Below, piece after piece: positions 10,586 through 28,778 of a stretch of DNA of 64,000 nt. Position 1 is the first letter of the stretch. The number at the start of each line of letters is the position of its first letter. Origin of the DNA: Octopus vulgaris (Eukaryota); assembly GCA_951406725.2 (NCBI GenBank), contig OX597820.1, positions 39,680,001 through 39,744,000 on the forward strand, read 5' to 3'. Under the pieces are notes generated by a model, which did not search any database, was not told where the DNA came from, and saw nothing but the letters and a program-made list of their open reading frames with translations. A program made the position numbers and the translations under genes.

Positions 10586-11781
10586 TTGAATTCTTCCTGT
10601 AAAGAAAGGAATAGTTTCTAAATCCAGGACCAACTTTCGGTTAAAGGATTTTATATAACGATAACATGAAAAATTTCCTCTGTTGAAATTCCTAAACGGC
10701 TTGCATATTTTTTACTGTTCCCCTTGCAGAATGAATTTGCAGCTCAAGAGAAAAGATTATATGTGACTGGAAATACCAGATTTTTCACATGAGGTACTTG
10801 AAAGTTTAGCTATATACGTGTATGTTCTTGTATAAATTTTAAAATTTCTCGCTTTGAAAGTGTCAATTACTCATCCAGAGTGTAATCAATAAAAAACCCA
10901 TCAAATTTATAGTTGCGTATGTGTATCTATATTCTGTGCACATATTTGTGGGTGCATAAATGCATATATTTGCAAGTATACATATATTTACATGAGTATG
11001 TATATACATTTTTGGTTGAACATAATGCTAAACTTGTGGAATGTTTAAATTATTTTGAGTTTCACTAATTACTTGTAATTCTAACTTTTTAGTTAGCCAT
11101 ATCCTTTCTTGTTTGTTGATATTTAGCTTCTTAAGACTGATGCTGAGAGAGGTAATTTCAAACCCGTTTCCCTCAGTAATTACCAGTATAAATCTAATTT
11201 ATATAATACTCCTATAATTACAGGTTTAACCTAATTTTTATCCTTAATTTGACATTAAATAATTTAGATCACAAGGTACAATTTTCTTGTGACACAGATC
11301 ATTATAGTTTGCTTCATATTCTTACATCTTCCAGAATGAATCAAAACACTTATGAAGCGGAACCGCAGTATTTTATATTGACTATTCTTTAATATCTCTG
11401 GTTAAATTTGGTTAAATTTCTTATTAATTATTTTTCATTCAATTACTAACTCATTTATGCTGGTGGAGTTTTCTACTGTCAGCTTTAACTTTTGGATATT
11501 CAATTTTTACTCAAGTGTACTCTCTTTGCAATCTCAAAACATTATTTCTATGTAATATTTGAGACTGTGGGAAGGAAATGTTGTCCGTTTGTAATTGATG
11601 AGTATCGATACATGGCTGATTGTTTTACATATATCAACCTTTTTTTGTTCTCTGACTCCATGATAAAATATGTTTTATTGTTTTGGCTTGGCTTATTCTT
11701 TGATATCCTCAGTTGATTGCTTCATAATCATGGAAATAAACATTAATATGTCCGTATTCCATTTGTATTTCCTATCTACAG

Positions 11782-12258
11782 TAGTGGTTCTAAACCGGGG
11801 TCTACATGACACTTGGGGTTCCATGTAACATTTCGTTGTTAAAATTTATGTACAACAACTTGGTTTTAGTCTACAATGCACAAAATATTAAAAAAAATTT
11901 TTAATGAAATTCTTTTTAATATTTACTATTATATTTAAGGCGATGAGCTGGCAGAATCGATAGTATGTCGGGCGAAATGCTTATCAGCATTTCGTCCGTC
12001 TTCACGTTTTGAGTTCAAATTACATCAAGGTCAACGTTACCTTGCATCTATTCGGTGTCGATAAAATAAGTACCAGTTGAGTACTGGGGTCGATGCAGTC
12101 GACTTACTCCATTCCCGAAATTGCTGGTCTTCTACCAAAATTTGAAATCAATATTTAATATTAAATGCATAACAACATTTTTTAATGGCAAAGGGGGCCA
12201 GAAGTGTAAAATAAGAATCATAGTGATCCACAGACAAAAACCTGCTTGAGAACCATTG
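11782..12258. mobile_element. hAT-type MITE with 8-bp TSD, carrying a nested SINE
   Basis: Ends TAGTGGTTCTAAAC / GCTTGAGAACCATTG; ATCTACAG duplicated at 11774-11781 and 12259-12266. Confidence 0.85.
11939..12152 (+). mobile_element. SINE family C nested in the hAT MITE
   Basis: GAGCTGGCAGAATCG...GAGTTCAAAT...GTCGATAAAATAAGTACCAGTTGAGTACTGGGGTCG. Confidence 0.85.
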
Positions 12259-13032
12259 ATCTACAGTGTTTACCACCGTCGACCTCAATTCAATGGACTC
12301 TTTATCGAGTCAAATATGGGCTGTCTTTCAGCAGGTATATGTTTCTTCTTTTAAAAATATTTTCTTGAAATATATATGATTTAGAATAAATTTCAGTTGT
12401 TTATATCCTCTTCGTCTTTTAGCTTATAATACATATAACATGCATGTTGCAGTGGTAATTGAACGGGAATGCTCAACTCTGCTGAGAGGTATAAAATAAT
12501 GGCAGTTGAATCTAGCTTGCTTTCACACCTGATGTTTAAGATTTCTGTATTCATGTGTCATAGAAATATGTTTCCATACAGGTATTTTGTACTGTCTCCT
12601 CTTTTGGGAATAAAATTACTACCAGCAACCCTCTTCTCGCTTTCAGCAAATGACACTCGCTTTCATAATGGTATTATTTTCATAAAATTTAGCTCTAAGT
12701 GAATTTCCAAAATCATAACATTCTTTTAATAAAACCAACAGAGTGAAAATTCCTGCTATGTTATAGCAATTACATAAGTCTTAATTGATTCTATAACTCC
12801 CAGAAAATGTGCTTTATGATTTCGATTTCATAATTATAACAAAACAAACACACCCTGAATGCATTCAAACGAGTCAAATCAGTGAATGTTGTTCGGGATC
12901 TTGTATATGCAGTTGTTAGCTACGGTTTTCCCCTGAAGAATGAAGAAAGTTGAAACTTTCTATGTTATGACAATAAAGGCGACAACAGTGAGTTGTTCTT
13001 CCGTCTGTTTACTAAGCATGGCTAAATGAGTA

Positions 13033-16210
<3,178 letters not shown>

Positions 16211-16394
16211 ATATTTATATCTACATACACGACTTTTATATCTGCTCCTATGTTCAGCCTTTCCGATTCTCGTTAACTTTTTTCTCACTTTCTCATTACC
16301 CTATCATTCGCTTTTATGCATTTTCTTTATTTTGATTTCTGTACGTGCAAAGAGAACATGGACAGACATGAGGATGTAAAGTTGCTTATATACA

Positions 16395-17352
16395 CAGGGC
16401 GTTCGGGCTAAATTTGATAAATCGTGTTAAAGGGAAAAGAAATACAAGATCCCATTCAAAAATAAAAATATTAAAAAAAAAATCAAAATATGTCATCTAG
16501 ATTATGATTGGGAAATAACCGTTTACTTAAAACTGCCGTCCTCGGCCTCTACTGCGGGCTAGAGATGGCTCCAGACCCTGGTACTTGCATTCCTCATTGT
16601 GTCTCTGGAAATGTCTGCGAACGTTTCCTTGATCCCGATTACCAGGTTAGCCTTTGTGTTGCAGTCTGAGCAGTTGTCTTTCTCAACTACACCTCACACA
16701 TAGTAATCCATGGGTTTATAATAGGGGTCACCAGCTTGGCCTTTATGCTGCAGTCAGAGCAGCTGTTGTCTTTCTCAACTACGCCTTTCTCATAGTAATC
16801 CATGGGTAAATTAGTAGGCAACGATTTGGAGCTGGTGAAGTTGTAGATATTCTCCGACAACAACGTCTGACTCTTTCTGGAAGTACTTCCAGGAGAGGAC
16901 TCTTGCTGCCACACATACAGCCTTCCTATAGTCACCCTCTGCAGCCAGAGTTTGATCACAGCCTCTAGTAGCTTCACATGGCCGTCTACATTGAGCCTAT
17001 GACCCTGTGGTGATTGTAGTTACAACACTTACCGCATCACATTCTGCAGGCCACAGGTTCATCGTCTCCGTTGCAGTTGTTCATATCGCGTCTTGCAGCC
17101 TTTACCAAGTTCATAAAGCATTGAACAGTAGTCTTGATGTCAGCATTTTGATATTCGGCGCCAAGCATCATGACACGGGTAGCTCTATTCCGGTACTCAT
17201 CTGGCTTCTAGACCTCAATGTCTCCTAACTATTTCTCAAATATAATTTTATCCTTTATGCACCCCAACGTCGTTGACTGTTAATCAAAGCATCAAGGTGC
17301 TCTTGGAAAACGAAGATACACAAAAATCGTCAAATTCACTCCGGACACCTTG
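16395..17352 (-). mobile_element. Decayed maT (DD37D-like) Tc1/mariner element with internal tandem duplication
   Basis: Imperfect TIRs CAGGGCGTTCGGGCTAAATTTGA / TCAAATTCACTCCGGACACCTTG; remnant YVWQQESSP..TSRKSQ.LLSEN...PMDYY; segment ending CATAGTAATCCATGGGT occurs twice (about 16642-16715 and 16730-16807). Confidence 0.75.
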
Positions 17353-17503
17353 TATACATCCTAAACACATGCAGGCATGTTCACATATGAACGTATATAT
17401 ATATAAGAAGGAGTATACTTCTGCGACTATGCGCACGAGTATGCGTTTATGTTGTATTCGTATACATTATATGCATACAGTCAGGTATATGTATATATGC
17501 ATA

Positions 17504-17867
17504 TTCTTTTATTCTTTTATTCATTTACTTGTTTCAGTCATTTGACTACGGCCATGCTGGTGCACCGCCTTAAAGAAATCTTTGTAAACCTAGTAATTAT
17601 TCTATCGGTTTCTTTTGTCGAACTGCTAAGTTATGGGGATATAAACACACTAGAATTGGTTGTCAAGCGACATAAAGGCATATATATATAGCGACACAAA
17701 GGCATATATATATATATACGATGGGCTTCTTTCAGTTTCCATCTAACAAATCCATTCACAAGGCTTTGGCCTTCCCGAGGGTGTGTTAGATGACCCTTGC
17801 CCAAGTTACCACACAGTAGGAATGAATCCGGAACTATGTAGTTGGAAAGCAAGCTTCTTTCCACTCA

Positions 17868-17871
<4 letters not shown>
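17504..17871 (-). mobile_element. SINE family B
   Basis: Tail TGTTTCAGTCATTTGACTACGGCCATGCTGGTGCACCGCC and head GAAAGCAAGCTTCTTTCCACTCAGCC. Confidence 0.88.
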
Positions 17872-17909
<38 letters not shown>

Positions 17910-18568
17910 TAGATAGATAGATATATGAATGTGTGTGTGTGTGTGTTTGTATGTATGTATGCATATGCATATATATACACATAAACATGTATCTATATAT
18001 TGATAGATAGACAGAAAGAGTGAGAGACAGACAGACAGGCAGGCAGGCAGACAGATAGTTTGATACATCGATAAATATAACGATCTGGAAAGGAACACAT
18101 GTGTTCCTTTCGAGTGTTTCGAGAGTTACCGTTGCAGACAGGGTTTTTCTGCATCCAAATTTCTTTGCATCACAATCGGACTATAACTAACCCTTTTCTC
18201 TTTTGAGTTTGATATTGCGAAGAAGCAGATCATGTTGATTAAAGCGAATCAAGAAAATTGTTGGATAATGAGCAGAATCACTGAAGTCAGCTTCCGTCTG
18301 AACTCTCTGGTACTATCTGAATTGGGCTGAAATATGTTAATTCATGAAGATGTGAATGTGAGAGACAGACACAGAGGCAGAGAAAGATTATATTAATAAA
18401 AAGACTGTCTCTGTATTCCTTTTCTTGATTGCCCCGTATTTCAACCCAAGGGTTCCTCGGAACCTGGATTTTTGTTTGATCTTAGACAACATTCTAGTGG
18501 TTTGAATTTGGGTCTCTCCGTGAAATTCATGCATGTGAGTGTGAGTGTGCGTGTGTGTGTGTATGTGT

Positions 18569-18607
<39 letters not shown>

Positions 18608-18611
18608 TGTG

Positions 18612-19015
18612 TGTGTGGTAAGAAGCTTACTTATCAACCACATGGTTCCAGGTTCTGTCACACTGTTTGGCACCATTGACAAGTGTTTTTACTATAGACT
18701 CGGGTTAAGCTACGCTTTGTGAGTGGATTGCGTAGGCGGAAACTGAAAGGACCCTGTCGTATATATGTAAATATGTATGTGTGCCTCATTGTGTTTGTGT
18801 TCGTCCCTCCACCCACAAATCGCTTGACAAGCGATATTGGTATGTTTAAGTCCCTGTAAATTAGCGGTTCGGTTAAAAGACCAATATAATGAATACTAGG
18901 CTTTAAAAAACGTCCTGGGTTCGATTTGTTTGAATAAAACCATTCAAGGCGGTGCTGCATCATGGCCGGAGTCAAATGACTGAAACAAGTAAATGAGTAA
19001 AAGAATAAAAGAATA
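18612..19015 (+). mobile_element. SINE family B, near full length
   Basis: TGTGGTAAGAAGCTT...CATGGTTCCAGGTTC head; GGCGGTGCTGCATCATGGCCGGAGTCAAATGACTGAAACAAG tail with (AAAAGAAT) repeats. Confidence 0.88.
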
Positions 19016-19032
19016 AGTACATACATTTCTGC

Positions 19033-19073
<41 letters not shown>

Positions 19074-19128
19074 GTGTGTGTGTGTGTGTGTATGTATATA
19101 TATATATGTATATATATATATGCATATA

Positions 19129-19237
<109 letters not shown>

Positions 19238-19787
19238 TTTCCGTAAAAAATTCAAGTCTACTAAGAAACATTATTGTGAACGTAATTTAAAAAATGAAAT
19301 TTTCATAAATAAAATAATGTAAACTAACTTAACCTTCTATAATGATAGGTTATTTTAGGCCAGACAAGTTTATTTATGTAAATATACAAAATTCATTTAC
19401 ATTACAAATACATTTCTCTATATTAAAAGCTCTGGTAACAATCGGTTGCTTATAATCACATCCTAAAGCAACCACACAATTGCAGAGTGTCTAAAATTAT
19501 TAAAATGCGACATTGTGGTTATATGAGATAGAGATAGTAGTCAATTCTTTTTTAAATCACACTGCGTCGTCTTAAGAATGAACAAGTTCGATAACGTAGT
19601 TTGGGATATAACCTATGCAAGAAATATAGTGTCATGAAGTAGTCATGAATAAAGCGTCACGAATAAAGTGTCATGAAGTTTACAGTGTCTTTCAGCATAG
19701 GGTTATCTTATTAAAGCTAAATTGGTTATATATATATATATATATATATAAAGCAACTGACTTTCTTACTTAAACTAAATTCTGAAA

Positions 19788-20540
19788 TACGGGGGAGGGC
19801 TGAAACGTTCATAAAATTCATAGCCTAACTATGAAGGAGTGATGCTAGAACCATTAAATCTTGCATAATTTCAGCTCTTCTTATTAACAATTCCATTCTT
19901 ATTAATAATTCCTTTGAACTAGAGCCAATGCATGCAGTGGAAGCAATCCTCCTCAGCTGCTGCAAAGAAGGCCTTGGTAGTTTCATCTGCAGGGAAGGTG
20001 ATGACCTCAGTTTTTCAGGATGCAAAAGACATTGTGTTTGTTGACTATCTTCGAAAGGGTCGAACCATTAATGGAAAATATTACGCCAAATTGCTGAGGC
20101 AGTTCTGCAAGGCTATCAAGACCAAAGGTCCAGGACAACTGATGAAAGCAGTCTCTTCTTATTAGGACAATGTTCCAGCATGCAAGTACCTTGGATTCAG
20201 TGGCTGCTGTGCATGACTGTGGTATCGAACTTGTAGATTACCTTCCCAGTTTTCCTGATTTGGCCCTATCTGACTATTATCTGTTCCGCATCATGAAAAA
20301 ACACTTGGCTTGGAACCAGTATCAAAGTGATGATGATGTCATATGCTGTTGACTTTTTTTTTTACCAACAGGATGAAAGCTTCTTCACCAAATGGGAACC
20401 AAGTACTGCAACACTGATGGAAGAAGTGTGTGGACATCAAGTCTGGGGAGAGACTATGTTGAAAACTAAACCTCGTTTGGTCGCATTCCTTGAGAGTGTC
20501 TTGGTCAGCCTATGAAGTTTTCATTCAGCCGAACTTCGTA
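19788..20540 (+). mobile_element. Internally deleted, decayed mariner
   Basis: TIR-like TACGGGGGAGGGCTGAAACGTTCATA / AGCCTATGAAGTTTTCATTCAGCC...CGTA; SAGKVMTSVF, TINGKYY, PDLALSDYYLF remnants. Confidence 0.88.
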
Positions 20541-22514
20541 ATGTCAAATTCGAATTTTGCATGTCAGTAAATTATTTTATTTGATCATTAATCTCCGGTT
20601 CAGAATGAAACATATTTATAGATCCAATAAATTTAGTTGTTGTGAGAAGGCAAACGGTTGATATTAGTAATATAGAACCTTCGTCTGACGATACAAAACA
20701 TGAGACCTTTTTTCAGTGCACAACAACCAAACTCTAATGGGATTATCCATTCTTTTTACTTTTTGTCAGGAGATAGATGCGAGTTGTTTTTATTCGGTCT
20801 GGGTCTCTCCTCTCTGAATTTCAATTCCCCCGAGGTCAACTCAGCCTTTCATAGAGTTGATCCTGTTCCAGTGCAGAGGGTTGGATCAGATGAAATGCTA
20901 GACTGTCCGATAAGATTTCTTGCGGTAGTTGTTCCGGTCCCTTCATTCTGTTTCGTTCCTTGACTTTACCTAGGATAATATCAGTACGGCGAGGATGAAA
21001 CCTAATTGCATGTCTAACTAATGGTATTCAGTCGACCTGCTAGAAATAGCAGTCACATTTCTCTCAAATTACACGTCACCATCTTAAACACGTAAGGATA
21101 AATTGAAGAATACACTTAACTATATGGTAAAGGGGAAAATGCTTTAATCATAGATTAAGCCAAATTTGGCCTGATGAGAATAACATTACAATATCTGTAT
21201 TGACTGCAAAAAGTTCTGTATCGTATCTGGCTATAATTTATTATTCATAGTTCCACAGTCGGAGACATTTGATTGCTGTTTGTCATATATTTACTACATT
21301 AAACCGAGTGCTATTTGCAGAATAGAAAATGGGTGTTGGGGTTTTACGTACGCTGGGCTATGTGCCGAAGGATTTGAAATTCAACTTCCAATATTTAACA
21401 CGTCTGCTTAGCCTTCGTATGCCTTTAGCAGAATTCATTTTGTTGTAGTATTTGGGATGTCTTCGTTCTGAAGATAACTTCCATCCTTTTCTCACCTCAC
21501 ATGGAGGCTTTTAAAGGAACTATTAGTACTGATTAGTACTGTCCCTTCCTCCTCTAAACAAGTATAAAAGAAATTAAACAACTATAATCACTAGTTGAAT
21601 TGAAAAGACCAAGCACTCATACTTCAAACTACCAGTATTTTACTTATAATTAGATATTGCTGACTCTTCGCCGCCGTGTTGAAGCGTTTCTACAGTAGGG
21701 AGATGAATTGTTGCAGACTTTAAATCTCACAAATATTCTATTTAAATCCAGGGCTTTAAACTATTTAAACTGACCGAGGCAATCTTGGGTAGTGAACAGA
21801 GGTTGAATACTGGAGTGACAAATTATTTTAGCTCAGATCACTCATGTAATGCCTACAAGGGTGTCATTGTATGATTGGCATGGTGGATAGCAGCATCAGG
21901 TGGTTGGCGACAGAAAACGCTTTTCGTTGTTTAAGGAAAGTTTTTTTTACGTTCAGTGTACAAATCCAACGTACGAAACAAGTGATCTGGAAGTCCTTAC
22001 CCAAATGCTTCCGCTCATTGTTCGAGTCATTGAATTATTCTCAAACTTCAATGAATGTGGATATGTATATTAAACAAGGCATATTACACACACACAAACG
22101 CAAACACAAAAAACGCACACACAAATGCACGCACAAACGGATACACACGCATACACACGCACGCACGCACCTAGACAGACGACACACACACATACCACAC
22201 CACGCACAATACTTTTTCTACCATTTGTAAAATTGTATTTTCTGTAATTCGGCATTTACTTTTTACTACATTGACAATTCTCTTGGCAAATGCCCTGGCA
22301 GACATTCTAATCGGCGTTGACTAGTTTGAAAACAATTTAAAAGATATCATTCCGCCGGCATCTGGCCCGAATGCTTGATAGAAAGTGGAGCTGGCCAGGA
22401 TGTATTGACAACCAGGTTGTGTTGTCAATCTAATTCATGGATGAAATAAAATAACCAAGAAACCGTAGGGTCTTTGCCATAGTTTTCTACAAAATTACCG
22501 TTTATTTTTTTTAA

Positions 22515-22870
22515 TTGTTTCAGTCATTCGACTGCGGCCATGCTGGAGCACCGCCTTACAGAAATCGACCCCAGGACTTATTATTTGTAAGCCTTGTACT
22601 TATTCTATCGGTCTCTTTGCCGAACCGCTAGGTTACGGAGACATAAGCACGCCAAGATCGGTTGCCAAGTGACGGTGGGGGGAGTAAACACAGACACGCA
22701 AACATATATATATATGTATATATACTACGGGCTTCTTTCAGTTTCCGTCTGTCAAGTCCACTCCCAAGGCTTTGGTCAGCCCAAGGCTATAGTAGAAGAC
22801 ACTTGCCTAAGGTGCTACGCAGTGGGACTGACCCAGAACCATGTGGCTGGAAAGCAAGCTTCTTAGCACA
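22515..22870 (-). mobile_element. SINE family B
   Basis: TGTTTCAGTCATTCGACTGCGGCCATGCTGGAGCACCGCC...GGAAAGCAAGCTTCTT. Confidence 0.9.
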
Positions 22871-23592
22871 CACCCAATCGGGCACTTATAGTATAAGAAA
22901 TTTCACTAACAAGGCTTGTATCAAGTTGAAGCTATGTTATATGACACACAAAATACCGGACAATTGGTTTGAACCTGGTACCATGAAATTTGTTTTGTAA
23001 TGATTTAGCAAGGAGAGAAAGGCAATGCCTACGACCTTTTACTGGCTTTCCTGACTGAGAAGAAGTTATCTGCAAAGCATAGATGTAGCTCTAATACATG
23101 TGGTAGAAGAGACTCCGATATGGCCGCTCAAATTGCTTGGTGATGATGTAAACCGGGCGACGTATTAAGCCTACTATCCAAATAGACCATGAACTCAGAA
23201 CATCAGGAACCGAAAGAAATACAGTGAAGCATCCGTTCCAATGGCTTAATCATCTTACCAGTTCATCGTTTTAGACTAATTTATTCACCGATACATTCCT
23301 ACATCGGTGAATAAATTACCGCCTGTGAAGGCCATATTAAGACCTATAGAAACCTATAGAGGTCCTAAGATTGAGGTGCCTCCATATATATAATAAATCA
23401 TTGAATAATTTTTTATATTTCAGAGTGAAGCTAAATTAACACTAAAATGGAAAATAACGTTTGTGTTTGTATAATTCCACTTTATTTATATTTGAAAAGT
23501 TTTTCTACTTTATTATTGTAACGTTTTTGATCAGATCCACAAAATTAATCTTACGTAACACAACTGCTTCTATATTATGGCATTCCGAAAAT

Positions 23593-24161
23593 TATTAAAT
23601 TGTCCGGAAAGTTCGTGCTGATTATAGTAGCTTACCTTTACACTTATTTTAGAACATGGTTGAGTCCAGAAAATAGGATTTGACTACACATCCATTTAGA
23701 GTATAGTTTAAGCAATCTGTTCGTGGAAGAAGGTTTATGTTCCTATAACCTATGTTAATTCTGTAACCTTTTAAAATAGAAGATAAAAAAGTTCATTTTC
23801 GGCACTTGATGCTTTGGGAACCAGACAAAAATTGCTGCAGCTCGGCTGGGATGTATTACCCCACCCTCCATATTCACCAGATATTGCTCCTTGGGATTTC
23901 CACTTATTCAGGTCTCTGCAGAATAGTATTAATGGTAAAAATTTCAATTCCTTGGATGATGTAAAAAGATACTTTGATGAATTCTTTGCAATGAAACTAC
24001 CTCAATTCTGGGAAGAGGGTATTTTCAAGTTAAAGAAAAGATGGAGACGTATTATGCAACAAAATGGTTCATATTTGGCTGATTAAAAATGTAATGGCAA
24101 GTATTTATTGACCTTTTTCTTTCCTTTAAAAATCAGCACAAACTTTCCGGACGACCCAATA
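23593..24161 (+). mobile_element. Mariner deletion derivative (mellifera-like) with both TIRs
   Basis: TIRs TA-TTAAATTGTCCGGAAAGTTCGTGCTGATT / AATCAGCACAAACTTTCCGGACGACCCAA-TA; N-terminal EDKKVHFRHLML joined to LPHPPYSPDIAPWDFHLF. Confidence 0.92.
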
Positions 24162-24870
24162 CGTTATCAAGTTTAAAGTGATTTCTTTTGTACCGTAAAA
24201 CGCTTACTATTTCTGTGGTTCCCCACCTCCCTTGATGCCCTAAGAACGTGCTTTGGTTTTTGTTTAATGGTCATACCAGCGCTGCCACATGTCTAAAGGC
24301 AAATTTGATCACGGTAGGATTTGAACTCAGATCAAGCGCAACATAGAAGGATAAACAGACTAATACATTTCGTCTGACTCTCTGACGCTTCATCCAAGTC
24401 GCCATGATTATGTAGCGAAGTTATTAAATCCTGGCAAGTTATATTCAGTAATGTAGCCTGCCTGTTGATAGCGGTGGAGTGCTTTCTGAAATTTACAGAT
24501 AAGCTGGAAGTTTGAGATTAATACAATACCCAAACACGGTGTGAATACATGCACCGACTGACTCATCTACTTTTCATCTTTGTTAAGCTTTTGATGTCCT
24601 TTCAATTTGTTGCTTGTTCGTTGAAGTTATTGTTGTTTTTTCGCCGTCGTAATGTTGTTGCTGTTGTTGTTGTTGTCATTGTAAGGGAAAAAAAGGTGAC
24701 GACGGTGGCGATGTCATCGTTGTTGTTGTTGTTCTTGCCGGTGTTGCGTATTCTTTAGCGGATTTGTTAATTTCTCTCTATTGTGTATGTGCTTGAAGGC
24801 GAGCGATTACGTGCGCGTGCTTGCGTGTATGTATGTGTGCGCGCACGTGCAGCATGTATGCAAGTGCATG

Positions 24871-24908
<38 letters not shown>

Positions 24909-25277
24909 TAAAGCATTTGCAGAAACCTGTATATGAAGAGAAGTTCACAGAAACGGAGGTAAAGTTTATTACGAATCGAAGGTATTAGTAATACTGTACA
25001 GTGTTTCTTTGTAAAAAGATAAGGGTGTAATTTCCATCTTGAATTTCTCATTTCCCGTTCACTGTTTACGGATAACAAATAGGACAGAAAGAAGGGGAAA
25101 AAAGAAGAGGAAATAAAATGAAAGATAGTAAAATACAAAAAAAAATAAAAGAAAACAAATGGACAAACAAGCAAACAAATAAAATGTATTGAACTGTTCT
25201 GCATGTGTAGTGCATGATGTAAAAATCTACGTAAACGACATTACAGCAACAATAACAAAATCAATCGAATCAATAAA

Positions 25278-25321
<44 letters not shown>

Positions 25322-25523
25322 AATAATAATAATAATGATAATAATAATAATAATGATAATAATAATAATAATACAAATAAAAATAATAATAACAGCAACA
25401 TTAACAACAACAATGTATTTATGTATGTATTTATGCATCTATGTATGTGTGTATCTATCTATCTCGATCGATCAATCTGTATATCTTTTAGTCTGTCTCT
25501 GTCTTTGTATCTGTGTGTGTATG

Positions 25524-25584
<61 letters not shown>

Positions 25585-26188
25585 CGATAAGCTACCATCA
25601 ACAACAATTATGAGACCTACGGATGTTGTCAAAAGAGAGGGTTTAAGAGATGATATATTGCCAATATATATCTGTGATAACTGATATATTGGGTGAAATC
25701 TCGATTTAGAGGTATGATGGAGAACTGTTCCAAAAGACTATCATCAAGTACAATCCACTTGACTAGGTGACTTTGTTGCCGTAGCGTTATTTATTAAGGT
25801 CTAGTTGACGGGTGTCTTGGAAATCACTTTCTATGTATTTGCACGGGTTAACACATATATTTACATACACGCATGCGTGCGCAGTGATAGATAAGCGCAA
25901 ACATATTCATATATGCATGTGAAAATGTATGCTTGCATGTATCTATCTATATACCCGCGCAGAGTTACACTTTTTACGTACAAACACAAACACACAGACG
26001 CAGACAAACACACACACATACAGACGCGCACAAACTCACACACACATAAGATAAGCATGGGTAGAGATGCATAAAATAAGAAGTTGCTTAATGCTTAAAT
26101 ACTGCCTTAGGCAAGTGTGTTTGTGTGTGTGTGTGCGTGTGTATAACGGCGGTGCATCAGCATGGCCGCAGCTCTGAGCTAAAACTTA

Positions 26189-26288
<100 letters not shown>

Positions 26289-26297
26289 TGCATATAT

Positions 26298-26415
<118 letters not shown>

Positions 26416-26488
26416 TTATAGAATGTATGTATGTATCTATCTGTCTATCTATCTACATATCTATCTATCTGCCTATATACATGTATAT

Positions 26489-26648
26489 GCGCAGGAGTGG
26501 CTGCGTGGTAAGAAGCTTGCCTCAAACCACATGGTTCCGGGCTCAGTCTCACTTCGTGGCACTTTGGGCAAGTGTATTCTACTATAGCCTCGGGCCGACC
26601 GAAGCCTTGTGAGTAGATTTGTTTGACGGAGACTGAAAGAAGCCCGTC

Positions 26649-26708
<60 letters not shown>

Positions 26709-26912
26709 GTATGCTTGCATTTGTGTGTCTGTGTTTGTCTGCTCGTCATCGCTTGACAACCGATGCTGGGTTGTTTATGTCCTGTAACTGACCGATTCGA
26801 CAAAGACTAACGATAGAATAAGTACCAGGTTTACAAAGAATAAGCCCTGGGGTCTATCAGTTCGATTAAAGGCGGTGCTCCAGCATGGCCGCAGTCAAAT
26901 GCGTGAAACAAG
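26489..26912 (+). mobile_element. SINE family B, full length with internal (TA)n
   Basis: GCGCAGGAGTGGCTGCGTGGTAAGAAGCTTGC head to GGCGGTGCTCCAGCATGGCCGCAGTC tail. Confidence 0.92.
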
Positions 26913-26939
26913 ACAATGTACATATATATATATACATAT

Positions 26940-27008
<69 letters not shown>

Positions 27009-27009
27009 G

Positions 27010-27072
<63 letters not shown>

Positions 27073-27599
27073 ACCAGGCTGAAAGAAAAAAACAAGAAAA
27101 CAACAAACCAGTAGGTTCGATTCATATATATGCATATATGTATATATATATAAATACATATGTGCATATGACATATGCACATATGCACTTTTCATTTGAC
27201 AATTTTTCTCATGGCAATATGATAAATTCAAAGCTATTGTCTCTATATATGCATTCATATGCATTGTGCACGGCTTGTACTTCATGATATAGCTCTCCGA
27301 TTCTCTTTTTGTTTGATATCTCTATTTAAATAACTTAAAATGCGTGACCTGTCAGATTTCCAAAGTGGACAAATTGTTTGAACGTGGATGCCTAGGGTTT
27401 CATTGCTTAAAACTACTGAATTGTTTAAAATTTCGTGAGGTGCAGTCTTTAAATCCTTGTTGGCATTCTAAACCCAAAAGAAAACCAGTTCTAGCGAGTA
27501 TGATTCTATACACAATGGAAAACTCGCAGACAGGAGTCGCAGAATAGTGCAAAATACGTATTATGTCTAAAAACACATCAATCTAGAGTAGCCAAAGTA

Positions 27600-28421
27600 A
27601 CAGTATAGCTAAATCACCACCTTGTCAACCTTGTGCCAGCCAAAACCGTTTGTCGCAAACTCCATAAAGTCGTGGGAGAACGGCATTTGATAAACCTCTC
27701 CAGCTTCACCCCGATCTATATTGTTAAACGTAATGAATGGTGACTAGACTGTCAGAAGTGTTCAATGTCGCAATGAGACAATATCATCTTCTCTGATCAA
27801 TCCTCATCCTGCCTTTATTTCCACTTGTTTGCGAGTGTATTCTTGGAGGCAACCCATAGAAGCCGTGGACTCTGTCCTTGACCCCACTACTATGAGCATA
27901 GAGGTGACTCTGAGACGAATTCCGTAGTCATATCAGGAAATACTTTAGGCTTCTTAATTGATTTAAATGGCACAATGAACGCCAAGGACTGTCCGAGTAT
28001 TTTAGCTGATCATGTACATTCTATGGTACAATCATCGTCTGTTGATGGTAGCGTAAACTCCCACGTCAATAGTGCCTCGACTCACACCATAGTTGTCATT
28101 CTAAAATGGTAGGAAGAGCATAAAAGGGAAGTCGACTACTTGGATTAACTTTTACAATTACTGGATCTCAGTAAGAGCGAACATTTATGGTGTATTTTAG
28201 AATAGCAATACAGGAATCGCTTCCCTCCGAAATCGTCAGCGAAACAGCTAAAGTAGGTTTTATGTGACGAATGGCACAAAATTTCCCTGACCACTTAAAA
28301 ACATGCGAATCAATTCCTCGACGTATTAAAGCTGTGATTGATTTGATACCAAATGTTCACCAACTTCGTTATAAAATAATAAATTTTCCATTTAATGTTT
28401 CCAATAGTTTGCCCAACCCCT
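27600..28421 (+). mobile_element. Heavily decayed Tc1-like element
   Basis: Remnants LIDLNGTMNAK..SILADHVH, EHLWCILE, ESIPRRIKAVI; TIR-like end TTTCCAATAGTTTGCCCAACCCC-TA; left boundary approximate. Confidence 0.7.
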
Positions 28422-28504
28422 ATATATATATTTATATACATGTGTGTCTCCGCGCGCAAGCAAGCATGTGTATGTATAAGCGCGTGTGCATATATTCTGG
28501 TATT

Positions 28505-28702
28505 CTATTATTTGCTTCAGTTATTTGACTGCGGCCATGCTGGAGCACAGCCTTTTAGTCAAACAAATCGACTCCAGGAGTTATTCTTTGTAAATCTAAT
28601 ACTTATTCTATCGGTTCTTTTGCCGAATCGCTAACTTATGGGGACGTAAACACACCAACATTAGTTGTGCAGCGATAGTGAGGGGACAAACAGACTCACA
28701 CT

Positions 28703-28778
<76 letters not shown>

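Noticed and set aside
10730-10793. Exon-like segment with pyrimidine tract/CAG acceptor and GAG|GTAC donor
   Set aside because: Stops in all three frames and no partner exons; not supportable without RNA data.
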